A stretch of DNA of 64,000 bases, taken from assembly GCF_009914755.1 (NCBI RefSeq), contig NC_060928.1; one strand, given 5' to 3'. A model generated the notes under the pieces. It did no database searches. It saw nothing but the letters and a program-made list of their open reading frames with translations, and was not told the DNA's origin. The stretch comes from the human T2T-CHM13v2.0 reference genome, Homo sapiens. Shown one piece after another: positions 14,921-33,114 of this stretch. The first letter of the stretch is position 1, and each line of letters opens with the position of its first letter. Both the position numbers and the translations under genes were made by a program.

Positions 14921-16048
14921 TTTTATATTTGCCCTCTTTTATGAGTTCTCCTTAGTGTTGACTAAGCTTCCTAAGTAAATGTGACTACTCTAAGCTGACA
15001 CTCTGTCCAATGAGAAGTTCTATGCACTATTTTCCTTCTTTTAAAAACCTCTCATCCCTTCACATTCCTGATCCAAAAGTCTTCTGCTTTTGTGGTTTTT
15101 GCTTATAAAATTTCACTCTTTTCAAAAAATTTAACTTCTAAACAGACTTTCTAATTTTCTAGTGTGGTGATCTAATACAAAAGAAAATGTGCTAATGCTA
15201 TTTCATTGGGATAAAATTTGAATTCCCTACACCTGCAACTGACTCTGAAAAGTTAGAGAGAATTTTCCAGAAGCCCCTGCCTTGCATGTAGCTGATCATC
15301 AAAAGACTGTGTTGGATATTTTATAAATAATACCGTAACACTGCCCCTCTCAGAGTAGTGCCAGAAATAGTGCCTGCCCACAACTTCTTTTTTTTTTTGG
15401 TATGGTCTTTCACCTTTTTCCTTGACAGGTGCCCAAGTGAAATCATTTTTTCTTGTAGACTGATAGGCTTGTTTATTTTTAACTCTCATTTCAAGAACTG
15501 CTCCCAGGTATAAAGGCTTTATTTCAGAAAAAAAAAAAAATCCTCAACAGCACTCCTCCGGAAAGGCAGACAAATGACCGAGGAACGCTACCTGGGCTCT
15601 GACCTGCAGTAGCTGACCCATCTCCTTTTCAACCTTATTTTCTGTGCTAACTGCTGAGCGTTGCGTTCTCCTTTGTATTCATCCATCCTGCTTGGCTGTA
15701 AAAAAGTGACTCCCACAACACAGGTAGATTCTACTAGAAGAAAGCCCCAGGTCCTTCCACAGAAATGTACTAGCCTCTAGAACGATGGGGTCCTGTTGAG
15801 ACCACTGCTTAGGGAAAATCCATCCCAAATTATGTAGGAGGGTTACAGTATGACAAAACATTTTTATTCTATGCAAAACCAGTGTACCATGTACTGCACT
15901 TTTCTTCAAATGATAACAGATACCCCTCCACCCAAAATGCACAGCTAATCAAGTAAAAAGTGGATTCTTGGGTGTCACTCACAGGCTAGTTTATTGTTTA
16001 GGTAAAAATGGGCATTGAGAGGTAAGGGCAAGAGGGCAGTGACTTCTC

Positions 16049-16267
16049 CCTTTGATCAAGTTTTCATCTCCCAGTGACACTTTAACCTGTTTTCCAATAT
16101 TAAGGTGTCCCTAGGTCATGAACACATGGTAAGTAATCACAAATAAGCTAATATTTTCCTTTGATCAAGTTTTCATCTCCAAGTGACACTTTAACCTGTT
16201 TTCCAATATTAAGGTGTCCCTAGGTCATGAACACGTAATAAGTAATCACAAATAAGCTAATATTTTC
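16049..16267. repeat. Direct tandem duplication, 2 x 109 bp
   Basis: cctttgatcaagttttc...aataagctaatattttc starts at 16049 and again at 16158, with about 4 differences. Confidence 0.95.
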
Positions 16268-17385
16268 TTCATTGTATACTATTTTTACAATGCATAATTA
16301 ATAAACTGGCTTTTCATCCATATTGTTGGATGTATTTCTTAACATAATCATGGTTATCCATGTGAAATGGTTGCTGGTTCAAGTTCGGGGACGGGATTGT
16401 CAACAGGGTTGAATGTTTACAGTAATAGGACTGATGATTAGCCTAATTTCAACCAGTGTCAATTCAATGTTTGATCATCAAGAAGGCTCAAGAAATGGCA
16501 GCATCTCCAACTTTCTGGGAAGTACAAAAGACAATGATTAGTGGCAAGCCAACACTGAGTTAACTCCTACCACAGGAACCTGACCTGCTATGGGTTCGGT
16601 AAGTGAGAGGCGGACTGAACCCCAAGTTTGCTTAGGGCACATCAAGGACATACAGCTTGCCAAATATTTAGGATCAGGAATTAGACAATAATACTTGGGA
16701 CATTTGTGTCACCTGTCCTTGCACTCTGAAACTCTTTCCCAAGATGAGATCAAGGAGTGCCACTAAGCACTTCAGAAGCTAGGAAGGCTCCTTTGGTTAT
16801 GGTTCTGAGTGGCTGATGAAAGTCTCTGTAGCTGGATGATCTCTACGACACGATTTTCTGCCCCAGCTAAAGAGGGCAGTGGGGGTGACAACAGAAATAC
16901 CCCTATGAGATAAACCCACAGTGAACTAAGCACTGGTTACACAGCTGTGAGACTTGTAAAATCCCACAGTGTGCTAGCTGCAACCATGTCTCGGACTTGG
17001 GGAAACCAGGAATGATCTGGTTCCATTACATTCTTCTGGGTTCTACCCAGTGTCTGTCTTGCAGTCGGTGCCTGCCTGGCGTGGGAAAACACTACTCGTC
17101 TGCATCTAACCCCAGGGCTCCAATGTAAAAGGAGAAAACGGATTTGCTGCACCTCTTACTTCCTCCCCTCCACAGGACAATTGCACTTAATCTAATTCCA
17201 AAATGTTCTGAACCAAGCCTCAGCTCTATTTGGAGAATTATTTTAAATGATAAACCTTCTTTTTGTTTCCTTGGTCTACTAATAAACAAGTGGGTAGCTT
17301 TCTTTAACATTTCCTTCTTTCTAGATCAGCTGCCAAATTGAGTGATACAAAGATACTGTACTAGGCAAAGAATATAGCTTATATT

Positions 17386-18595
<1,210 letters not shown>

Positions 18596-19145
18596 TCAGT
18601 ACCTTACCAGTTTAAAAAAAAAAAAAAGACTTTTCAACCCAGAGAATGTCTTGCCAGAAAGATGATTTTACTACTCTGAAAATCTAGTGTCTCTAACAGG
18701 CAGGAAATGCCTCATGTTTAGTCAGGGCCAAGAAACGGTTTGGGGCCGGCTTAATTACTGGTCTATCTTTGACCTATTAGGACAGTGTATATGCTAAAGA
18801 CGTTATGCTTGTTGAAACTTCAAAGGAAAGGCAGGGAAAATTAATGAAATAGAAGAGACCATTTCATTTGTTCAGTACTACTTGAGTCCTGCCTCTCAAA
18901 GTATTTCACTTTAATTTCTATCATTGACTAATAAAATGCATAGGATCAAAGTTTTTAAAAATTCAAAACCCATTTTAAAGGAAGAGGACCACCTTTTAAG
19001 AAAACAGGCTTATAGCACTTGACCTATTTCAATGTCAAAGCAGCACATCAAGAAATTATTTTTATATTGACAGACACACCTTTTAATAGGACTATGGTGT
19101 TCAGGCCTATACACAAGAACACGGTGGCTGGAAGTAAACAGGCTA

Positions 19146-19952
<807 letters not shown>

Positions 19953-21290
19953 TCAGTGACCAACAGCCAACGGCAAAAGATAAATAAAGTCCTCAATTTT
20001 CAGCTTAACATTCAAACATGTTAAAAATATGTATTTCTACTGTCTGTCATAAACCAAGATGACACAATAAATCCACTGTGAATAGAACGCATAGCTTCCT
20101 GTTGTTCTGCGACTGCGGGATGCTTGCTGAGTCACACGCAGTCTCTTGCTCTAGGAAACGGCTGGACTGTGACTTTGGGCACCATATAGAGATTTCCCTC
20201 TCTGTGGCATTAACTGGCTGCACAGGTCTGAACTCACACCTTTGGTTTCATTAATATCCTTACTCTAAGGAATCGAGCCAGCCACTGCAGACTCAATTCC
20301 TCATTGATAGGAGGGCTTAAAGCAATCATTACTTCTATTTCTGGAGTGCCCTCATGCCCTTGCTATTAATCAGCTGATACAATCCCTGCAGAGAGTACAT
20401 AGCTCCCAGATGCAAACTGGGGAAGAAAGATAAGTCTTTTTGAAGAGCTCACTAGAAATTTAAGGTAAAACAAAGAGTAGGCCTATGGGCACAGGATGAG
20501 CACAAAACTGTATGTGTCTTCTAACATCAGTGTTCACTATTCCTTCTTTTCATTTATTTGCTAACTTGGACTTCTTGTCAAGGCCAATGTTTAGGCTGAC
20601 GTGTATCATTTGAAAATCAGTAGTATCACTTCTTAGAACCTCTTCCAGTAGATTGCCAAATATCCTAAAATGGCACGAGGCATGGGTGCCTGTTAGCCCA
20701 TGTACATGAATTCTAAAGCATATTGTCAACCATTGAAAGCAAAAAGCAAACAAAAGCAATCAACCCACTGTAAAAAGAAAATGTAATTTAATGATATCGA
20801 AGGGTCTTGAAAATTTACCCCAAATATAAATGTCACAGGGTAGATTCGCTTCTTTCCTGATTGCCACCTAGAATGGGCTATTATAAATACAGAGAGGGGC
20901 ACTTTTCAGAGCTGACACAGAAGCATGAGGATGTCTCTTATTTCCTCTCCCCTTTCCCAGAATAATGGCAATAAACAAAATATTCTAGATTGTAGATGCC
21001 TATAACTATTGTTTAAGATAAAAATGCAACTAGCACTAGCTCTCTCTGAAAATGTTGACTAGCTGCATTTTTTTCTGGAGGAAAGAAAACTTTCAGAATA
21101 AAAAATGGTGAGATGTTCAAGGGCTGCTATGGGAAAAATAAGCTAGAACAGCTTCAATAAGAAATCCCCTAGAACACACCCAGGATGTAAGACCAAGGAA
21201 ACCACACTACAGGAGAACTCCATGCAGTGCTCAACGTTCCACTGTGTTCTTTTTTCTTATTATCCTTTCATGAAATAACTAAGATAGTCA

Positions 21291-21696
<406 letters not shown>

Positions 21697-24600
21697 TTAC
21701 ATCTCCCAAATCCTGAATCCCGCTGAAAAACTGCAAGTCAGAACAGAGGCCAGATCTCTTCTACTCAGTAGAGGATCATAAACTGCACTGGAGTGTCAGA
21801 GGCCAGCACAACACCTTGAGAAATAGTTACTGAACACACAGCAGGTACTCCTGTACATACATAAGAGCATCTTAGTTTATAGCATTTTCAGATTTACTTG
21901 ACTGAGGTAGGGGTAGCAAGTCCACCCTAGGCTGGTTGAGAGTCCACAGGACTATTTTCTTCTTAGAATAGTACTTTCTTACTCTTAGGAGCAGTATTAC
22001 CCTCAGACCTTGGCAGCAGGACCGCCACCTGACCCTCCTTCTCCAGCCAATCCTGTCCACATGGCCAAGTACCCCAAGATCCAAGAATTCCCCACTCAAA
22101 CTGCTTTAAAGATCTATGCTGCCATCTTCTCTGAGCCATCAATCCAAAGACAGAGACCATGGTGTCAGATCCTGGAAGTGTGGACTGGGACCTCCACATA
22201 TGTGTATGTGAGGTCCCTCCTAGTGGAAGATAAAGCTAGGAGTGGAGAGAGAAAGACATGGGTTGGTTGTAAATTCCAAACCTGGTTACTGTGAAGGTGT
22301 ATTTGCCAAGGTAGGTGGACAGAACATATTTTGTTAAACAATTTGTTAGCTTGATTTATACTTTGTAATTATCTGATATATGCTCTGTGAGGCACTATTT
22401 GTACTCTTATCCGGAGTCTCACAAAAATATTTGGGTGCCATTTATTTACAATGGCCAAAACCAAATAATAAGAAAGCCAACAGCTGAACTATACAAGTAA
22501 GAGGTTTAAGATGCTACACTCATTTTTTTACTTCCTGGTTTCTGTTCTTTTATTAGTAAAATCAAAGGATGATATTGATTGGGAATTTTCAATTCTAGCA
22601 CAACAGCAGTTTTCATTCATTTTAATCCTATAATCCCATTCTAGACCTGAAGTTGTATTTACTGTTTGCATTTTAATCAGCATAGTCCCAATTGATTTCC
22701 CCTATACACCTTTAACATAACCTTGATGAAAGGGACAAAATATGAAAGTCTAAAACAGAACTGGCTAGTAAGAACTGCTTGAATGTATTTGTTCAGTGTC
22801 CTACAACACACTCAGTAGTTTTAATCACATTGATAAATCACATTAGAGTATAGATTTTAAGGGAAAAAAATCTGACTTAGGGACAAGCGTGATTTGTTTT
22901 CTTAACTGAAGGATAAACTTGTAACATGCTGAGAAAAAATCATTATGTAATATACTACATTATGAAGATAATCTATTAAAGTGCACTCAGAATATGAGAG
23001 AATAGTTACAATCATAAAGTAGTTCTTGCCTGCAGTTTTTTAAATGCTTCATTCTGAATTTGCTTTCAGAAATGATATGTACAAAAATGGCTATTGTCAC
23101 CCTTAGAGTAGAATTTTTTCTCTTTTCATTACCTTGAATTATTTGAATATTATTTTAACATTGATACATGGAAGATTGTGATGAAAAATATTACCATTAC
23201 ATTCGGTGGAAAACAGCAAATCTTTCCACTTAATACACATTGCATGCAGCAATAGTTTTAGCCTTCTAGACAGAATATAATTATAAATCCAAGTACTGTG
23301 TGATGCCCATTATCACTAAGAAATGAAGTTCTGTTTTCATACAAACACAATTGAATGGCTACTGATCTATGATTCTTAACTCAGCAAACTGTGAACACGT
23401 ATTATGATTTTTTTAACTTTTTTTTTTTTTTTTTTTGTTAAGTCATAGAATGCTCCACTCAAGTGATGGCAGGGAAAGAGAAAATCAACAGTTTACAGAA
23501 GGGCTACTTTATCCCTAACTTCCCTAAAATTAAACACCATAAAATGTTAATAAATCACAATCACAAAGCCCTCTAAAATGCCCACTTCTCTCTAATTTAT
23601 TTTGCTTTATTGTGCAGCCTACTGGGAGATAATATTATGCTGCAAATTGTGCCTTGTCCGATTCCAAAATCTGAACCCATGATTATTTTTTTAATTAAAA
23701 AATTCATTTTGGGAAATTCGTCTGAATTTAAGAGGTTTAATCCATCCTATATCTGATAAGTGAATAAGAAGAGGGATGGGAAGTAGGCAATCAAATAGTC
23801 TCCCTACTTTACCGCCCCTCTTTGTAAGTAAAGCCTTGAATGGAATTTGCCCATCACAGCAGATCCCCAAGAGAATTCTGCTTCTATGAAGGAGATCACA
23901 GTAGTCAAGATTAGTGGTAACCTTTTGATTTTAGCCCAGCGAAGGGTGAAATATATTAATATTAAAAATGCAGAAGCAGAAATTTTTTTTAGTGACCTAC
24001 TATCATGTATTCATATGTTATATCTACCCAACGATTTCTAACTAGTTCAAAATAGATGATTTCCTTAAAACATTAATTTAACTTATTTTTAAAAGAGGGC
24101 TTCATGGCATAGAAAATAGAAGTTAGAAAATCAAAGCATCTTTGGAAGCACCACCCTTGTCTTAAATCAATGAACTATGTCTTTTTTAAAAAATGCCATC
24201 CAATTTTTTTCATAATGGCAAACATCAACACAGCAAAACAGGATGGAATTTTTCTAAATAAATAAATCAATGATGTGTCAAAAATTAACAGATGAGTTAA
24301 TATACTCGGTGCTATCAAAACCAGATGGTGCTTCCTAATATTCATCCTGCTCAGTCAATCCCTGAATATTTTCTGGACCATCGGTATATAAAATAGGATG
24401 CTGCTATTTGTGATGGCAAACAAAAGCAATCATGCCTGCCAAGCACATACTATAACAGGCAGCATTTCAGCTCTGCTAGACAGAAAGTAATTAGAATGCT
24501 TTTAATGTCCAAAAGAATGATGCTGATAGGCTGCCACAGATGTGTAGATTTATGAATATTTATATGGTGGTTTATAGCTGACACTTTTATCAGTTGAAGA

Positions 24601-27386
24601 AGATAAAATATCTGCCTGACTCAAAAGCTTGACAGTCAGGTTAATAAAATCTCATTAAAGAGAATGACCTATGCAATTATATAGGATTTATTATAATTCA
24701 TTTTTGATTGTACTCTGCTTAAAGATGCAATTTCCCATTTCCTAATGCCAAATTTAGGCTGCATATCAAGATCTACGTGGGTTTTAACTCTAAGCCTCCC
24801 ACAGAGGAAAAATATGCTTTTAAAACCATGGTGTATTACCCCTTTTAAGGAAAATTATACTCTTCATGAGATTTTATAAAAATGTTGAAAAAATCTATTT
24901 TTAATCACATATTTCTCTTCTTAGTTATAGCCCTTAATGGCAAATAAGATTCACTTCAACCCTTTCATCTTTTCACTCCATTTACTCTGGACACTCAGTT
25001 ACGTCTCTTCTTCTGTCCTTGACTCATTTCGTAACATGAATGTTTTGACTATTTTCAGTTTACTAGGTAGCCTGAAACACAGCAATTACACTTCTGCGAG
25101 GGTGCAACAGGCAAAGCGCCGCTCCCACCCCCCCCACCCCACCCAGTATGCTTAAATGGCCACGGGTCTGTGCACACATGCTTATTGGTTCAAAGTGGAA
25201 CGACTAGTTTCTCAGAGAACCAATCAGCTCTTCAGGTGGCTGTTCTCTGATGGCCACTCACATCACTGTGCCTGTTAAGAGATGGCTTTGTCCATCAGTG
25301 ATTAATATTATGACCACAATTCATGATGTCTAGTTCTATGGCTTTCTTCCCCCCAGACTATTTCCCTCACTGTATGGAAGAAGCCTACCATCCAATTCCC
25401 ATCTTTCCAACAAGCACGAGGGATCCAGCCCTTGGTGCTATCAAGCTTACCCCTCTCTATGACCTCCTTAAAAACAACAAAAGCAACCGTGAGAATAAAA
25501 GGAAATATGGAGAAATTCGAAGGGCATCAAAAAAGCCCCTCTTCACTCCTTTAGATTTAGTGATGTTATAATTTCCATCTGGGAACAGAGACAAAATAAA
25601 CTAAACAGGACATCAGAAGGAACACTGAAAAAGAACATTTAGAACAAGGTGAGAAAAGGAAGGAAAAAAAAAACCCACATGAAGGAAGGACAGCAAGGAA
25701 ACTGCCAGGGTAGAAGTAACCAAGGAAAGAACAGCAAGTGACTGGTGCAGAAAAAAAGAAGCAATACAGGAAATATATAGCCGGCTAAAACTATGGATGA
25801 AAATGGAAATGAGAAGGGGGTAAATTTACAGTGTATAACAGGAAGTAAAATATGGAAAGACAATCAACAAAGGCTGGAAGGAGAAGCAAGAGGAGATCAA
25901 AGACTGACCTGGGCAGATAGAGGGGAAAACGTCAATGAAAATGATGGAACTGAGGCTACGCAAAAGAGTAAAAGCAAAACACAGAAAATGGGAAAAGGAC
26001 CCAAATTGCTGGCAAAGAACATAAAAATACAGGATGATAAAGCTGAGCCTAGAAATAAACACATGCCTGAACAAGAAGTAGTTTAGGAGAAAATAAGATC
26101 TCAAGCCAGAAAGAAAGAAAATGAACCTCCTTAAGAAGGGGGGAAAAAGAAAAAAAGTAAGGAGGAAAATCAAGTGAGCCAACTGCCTAACAAAGAATAT
26201 AAAAACACAATGGAATATTGGGGCAAGAGCAACTGAAAAAAAACATACCCCACAAACAATAAGGAAGTCCACCTAAGAACCCCACTGAAAGCAATCAAAC
26301 ATCTTCAAATCAGTGAGAGATGCAACAGATCAAGTCTTCACTATAACCTGTAATTAGGTTTTCTTTTCCAAAACCAATCCTTCATGTGTCAAAATATTGA
26401 CAAACAACAGAATTATTACTGGAGGCATCTATAACTCATTTAGACACAACACTTCTATTTTCCACAGGAGAAAAAAATAAGTCTCAAGATTCACTGACAT
26501 GCAGGATTTGGGGGGCTTCAAAGTGCCATAAAAGGCCTTGGCAGGAACTTTTAGTTCTAATGAGTGGATAAACGTGGCTGCACCCACTGGGAGCTGGTGG
26601 AGAGGTCCCTTGGGCGCAGGCCTCAGGCTGTGGCCTCGCAACCAGCCCATCTCGCTCCCTGCAGGCAGGCAGTGGGCTGCTTTGCCGGGCAGCGCCCGCA
26701 GACTCGAGATAAAGGAGAGGAGTCGCGGACCCCAGAGTGGGTGCCTCCCACGAGGCGTTTCTGTAAGGCTCGGGCCGAGATGCTCGGGAGGGGCAGGACC
26801 CCGCGGCGCGGCAGCGTGCCACGGACGGGGACGAGGGGATGGCGGGGACGACGACGTGGGCGGTGGGAGCAGAGTGCCTGCGACTCCCGGGGCAGGAAGG
26901 AGGGGCGGGATGGTTCCCCGCGCCCGAAATCCACGGCGTGGCGGACGCGGAGGAGCCCCGAGTCTCACAACCAAGGGGTGGGAAGGAAAAGGGACAGAGC
27001 GAGACAGAGCGCCCCCGAGAAACACAGGCGCACAAAAAAAGACAGAAGGAAAAACGGAACTGAGAGCCAGCCAGCATGGACTGCGACAGCGTGAGAGTGC
27101 ATCAAAGAGGTGGCGAAGAAAGCACTAGAAGGCAAAGGAGAAGTGGAGAGAAGAAGAAACAAATGGAGGAAGAAGGAGAAAGGGAAAAAGCAGACGGAAA
27201 AAGTGAAGTAGTACGAGGGCGTCCCAGCGGGGCGGCCCGAGAAGCTCCAGCTTCTTCCCGAGCGGCCGCCGCTATCCCCCGGGGGGGCGTCTGGCCCCAC
27301 TCCGGACCACGCCCGAGCGATCCTGGTCGCCGACTGCCACAGCCGTGCTTCCCGGCGCGGGATCCAAGCCGCGGAGCCACCTGTTA

Positions 27387-28707
<1,321 letters not shown>

Positions 28708-28917
28708 CGGGAATTGCTCTCCGATCCTTCTGAAAAGAACCTCTTGAAGATCTTGGCCCGGGTGGTCGCGCGGTGTTTACGGGGCTTTGGGGTCCTGCTT
28801 TCCCCGAGCATCGCGGCCTCTGAGCTCATGCGGAACATAAAAGCTCGCAAGGCGTAGAACTTTTTCACGTTTTCATTTGTTTCCCGTAGGGGCCCCGAGA
28901 ACGTGCATGACACCATG

Positions 28918-29050
28918 ATTTCCCCCCCATTATAAAGATGAGAAAACCGAGGCTCTGAGAGGTTGAAGGGAATTGCCCAAAGTCAGACACTCGGGAGTGT
29001 GCGGCTGTGTTGCACTGACGCATCCAGGTTATTTGAAGTCAACTCCTCAC
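28918..29050 (-). mobile_element. MIR fragment at the upstream edge of the CpG island
   Basis: cccattataaagatgagaaaaccgaggctctgagaggttgaagggaattgcccaaagtca matches MIR core. Confidence 0.75.
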
Positions 29051-31579
29051 TTCCCATAGCCAGTAGCCTCTGTGCAATTGAGTGGGGAAATGTCCTGATA
29101 CCTCCCTTTGAGGTGATGATTACTTTCAACAGTGTCATTTTTAATATATGTATATGTACTTGCAAGCCCAGGGAAACACGAGAACTCACTCCTTGCATTG
29201 TTTTACTCACTGCAACTGGCGCCATCCGGCGAGGGTCTGGAGGGTGCCCAATTTCAGTAGCCGTTTGAATGAGAGATCTCAGTCGTTGGGAGGAAGATCC
29301 TCCATGGGATGCAGATGTCCTGGTCTCTCCCAGCCACTTTTTGGGGCAGAGGGTCCATTGCTCCCTATCCCAAATCACCCCTCTTCTAGGCCAACCAGCA
29401 TACCCTGCCCCAGGTTTGCTTTTCAGCCTTCCTTTTTCGTTCTCCAGGTCAGAGTTCTGGATGCTCCTTGATGTAGGACCCTCATCTCTGCACTCTGAAG
29501 TTTGTTTCCTTTTCAGAGCCTTCCTTTTATTCTTAGGAAGGTGACCCATTTTCTTCTGGGGGTTCACATCTTTTGGCCTCTCTTTCCCTGGTCTCCTTCC
29601 CTTTGGAAGCTTTTTCTCTCTGCCTTGCTGGTTCAGCTTCTGTATTATTCCCCCCTAGATTGTCTCCCTCTCTCCTGCAGCTTCCTCAGATGGTGCTGTG
29701 TCCCCCCCCCAATCCATTTATTAGAGATGAAATAAATAATGCCATAAATATAAGTATTTGGGAGTCCAGGAACTGTCAGGGCTGATTAGGGCATAGAGGA
29801 CATTTTCTTTCTCATTATGCAAAAGCATTTCATGGGGAAATAAAAGAGGTTTCATTGTAACTCATGCATGTCATATTTCAAGGAATTCAAGATATTAATC
29901 ATATTTAACATTATTTGCAATGTTTCTCCCTGGCTTCTGAAAACTGCTAAATGAGGACACGTGGATCACTAGGAAAAGGAGACAAGCATGAGAGGGACAG
30001 TTAAGAAATAATGAAATGCTGGTGAAAGAGAAAGAGAATGAGATGCCAGGGAGATGTTTCTTAGGCACGTAAGTGAGAAATGGGGGAGCTACTTCTGAGA
30101 CGTGAGACAGCTGAAATTGAATGATATACTGGAGGAAATAAATGATAACAAACCTCCCCACACTTTCCTTTCTATAAAGCAGTTCTGAATTTTGCATTGA
30201 AATGTTTTCCTCCCACTTTACTCCCAGATAATTTGCCAATAAGTCCTGGCTTTTGAAAAGAAATTGGGGTGGTGGCAGTGTGGGGAGTTAAGAGGAGAGA
30301 AATCTTTTAGTTCTTCTGAAGAAGTAATTTCCTGTACCTGGGGGCTTCCTCTTCTATGTAGTTTTAAATGTATATCCTCCTCACCACTTAAACACCTTAA
30401 GAGACTGGGAACAATACTTCTATTGTATATTTTCTATTGAAAAGGACATGCTGTCCTTTACATCAAAAAGTGATTATTTCTATAAAACTGAAATAATCAA
30501 ATTAGTCATTTAGCTTTTAAAAGTGGGGGGAAGGGGGAGGGGAAGGTGCCCAGAGGAAAAATATTTAAAAGTTTTAAATGATCAGCTTTCAGATTTTCAT
30601 GTGGGCAGTCACCTATGTCTGCGTCCTGAGTTCATAGAAAAGTGAAGTACTTAAGAATCACCCTTTTAAAAATAAAATGAGCATTTACTCTAAGTGTGGA
30701 GTTGAAGGCAATTTTAAAATTATAGCTGACCACTAACCCCTGCCTGAGATTGTATTTAACTGAGTATTGTACATAGATGTAATGTATTTAAGTGTTCATA
30801 AAATTACTGGTAGCACTCTGTGAGCATCTTGCTCTAAATTGTGGCCTAAATTATCAGATAGTGACTTTGCTGATATCTTCTCTTAGGGGTCTCATAGGAG
30901 CTGATAGAATAGTAATTATACCCATGCTTTAAATCTTTTTAGATATTTACTCTTATCTCAAAAAAAAAAAAAAGAGAGAGAGAGAGTGAGAGTGAATTTT
31001 GAAAAGCCAAGTGGCTATTTATGGACAGGGTGATTTTTTGATTGGCAGCATGTCAATTCCTTGAGCCATCCAGAATATAGCTTTTAAATAATAGCTCAGC
31101 CATGGGAAATGCTTTTTATTGCACCAATTTCAATGATATTTAATGAGCTTCTGATTGACTGTTTGATCTCCCAATGTTTTGTGCTACTTTTAATTCATTT
31201 CGTATAATAGAAAAAAAAGTAATTGGAATAAAATTTTGTGACAAGATAATGACCTTCCACTTTGAAATTAAATGTCTGATTAGCTTCAACATTTTAATGC
31301 CAAGATGATATTGCAGCAGGAACAGGAGTATGCATACTATCATTTGGTACAAAATGACTGAGGAATACTCCTTTGCTTTTCCCATTGCATAGCAAAAAAG
31401 GTGTGGTGGCCATATAATCGTAGGTACATAGGACTAGAAGGGACCTATGCAGTCTTTTATTCTTGTGACTAAGCCTCTGCCCATAGTTTTCGATGGCCCT
31501 GGCAAGTGGTTGTGCAAACCATGTTTAAATGCCTCCACTGATGGGGATCTTGCTACCTTCAGGGACCTTATTCCCCCAG

Positions 31580-32750
31580 GTATTTATTCCACAAATATTT
31601 ATTGAGTGTCTACCATGTGCTAGGTACCTTTCTAAGCACTGGGGGATATAATGTTACCCAGATCACAAGGTCCTACTATTATGGATTTGGGGGGAGCAGG
31701 TAAACAAATAAACCAGTAACTAACTGAAAAATATTATTTCAAATAGAAATAACTATGATGAGGGACAGGCACAGTGGTTCATGCTGGTAATCTCAGCACT
31801 TTGGGAGGCTGAATGGGGAGGATCACTTGAGCCCAGGAGTTTGAGACCAGCCTGAACAACATAGTGAGAGCCCGTCTCTACAAAAAAATAATAATAACTG
31901 AGCATGATGTTGTGCATCTGTGCTTCTAGCTTCTTGGGAGGCTAAGACAGGAGGATCACTTGAGCCCAGGAGTCCAAGGCTGTAGTGAACTGTGATTGTG
32001 CCATTGTACTCCAACCTGGAGGACAGAGCCAGGCCCGTCTCTAAACAAACTATGATGAAAAACCAGGGTGGGAGACTGGGCACAGTGGCTCATGCCTGTA
32101 ATCCCAGCACTTTGGAAGGCCAAGGTGGGAGAATTCCTTGCATCCAGGAGTTTGAGACCAGCCTGGGCAGCATAGTCACACCCTATCTGTACAGAAAATA
32201 AAAAATTAGCCAGGTACGGTGGCTAATAGCACCTGTAGTCTCAGCTCCTCAGGAGGCTGAGGCCGGAAGATCACTTGAGCCTAGGAGGTTGAGGCTGCAG
32301 TGGGCCAAGATGGTGCCACTGCACTCAGCCTAAGCAACAGAGTGAGACCCTTTCTCAAAAAAAAAAAAAAAAATAGGGTGAGGCTGTTACTTTTGATAGA
32401 ATGTGACTGAGAGGATCTCTCTGAGGTGGAACAATAGAGCTGAGAGTTCACTCATGAGAAAAAGCCACCCATGAGAAGAGCAGTCCAGGCTAAGGGACAA
32501 TAGGTGCAAGAGCCATAAGATGGGAACAAGCTTGATGTTCTCAGGGAGCTGAAAGAGGGGAAGCCATGGGAATTGCCCTGGCAAGGGGCAGAGCAAGGAG
32601 GAGAGGAGAGAGGCGGGCTGGGCCCAGGCTGTGCAGGTCCTTGTACATCACGGGACACTTGGGGGATTTATTCTAAAGGCAGCGGGAAGTCTTGGAGGTA
32701 GTTACACAGAGGTAACAACATGACCAGATTCATGTTCTTAAAAAATGATG
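31580..32750 (-). mobile_element. L2 (3' end at left) interrupted by two tandem Alus (31763-32050 and 32073-32372, both +)
   Basis: tatttattccacaaatatttattgagtgtctaccatgtgctagg is a reversed L2 3' end; first Alu has TSD aactatgatga. Confidence 0.75.
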
Positions 32751-33114
32751 TTTTCAGAAAAGGTAAAATCATGACTCTCATACGGACATAAAAATGAGCA
32801 CGTGTTAAAGATTGTATTAAACATAATTATTCAGGGCCCTTACACTGTTCAAAGGGAAGCACAGATTGGTATGGAATAAAGGAATGTTGAATTGAATGTG
32901 TAAATGGTTTTTCCATGGAGGCATGCAGGTGGAGGAAAGGGAACCTATACCAGATGGGACAGTTTGCATGTCTGTCAGTTGCCTAAACTTGCAGAGTTTA
33001 GAACTTGTAAAAATAGTTCAAAGACAATGAAAGAGTAGAATCAGATAACTGGGAAGGGTGTGTTGCTTGTAGGCAGTGCAGTTTTCCAATGAAACACAAT
33101 TTATTTTCTACAGT

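Noticed and set aside
25826-26272. 148-aa very hydrophobic ORF suggesting a membrane protein
   Set aside because: By-product of the T-rich minus strand (Phe/Leu/Ile codons); GTG start, intronic
28983-29567. 194-aa minus-strand ORF upstream of the promoter
   Set aside because: Ends within a MIR, no recognisable domain, and upstream of the likely TSS; most likely chance
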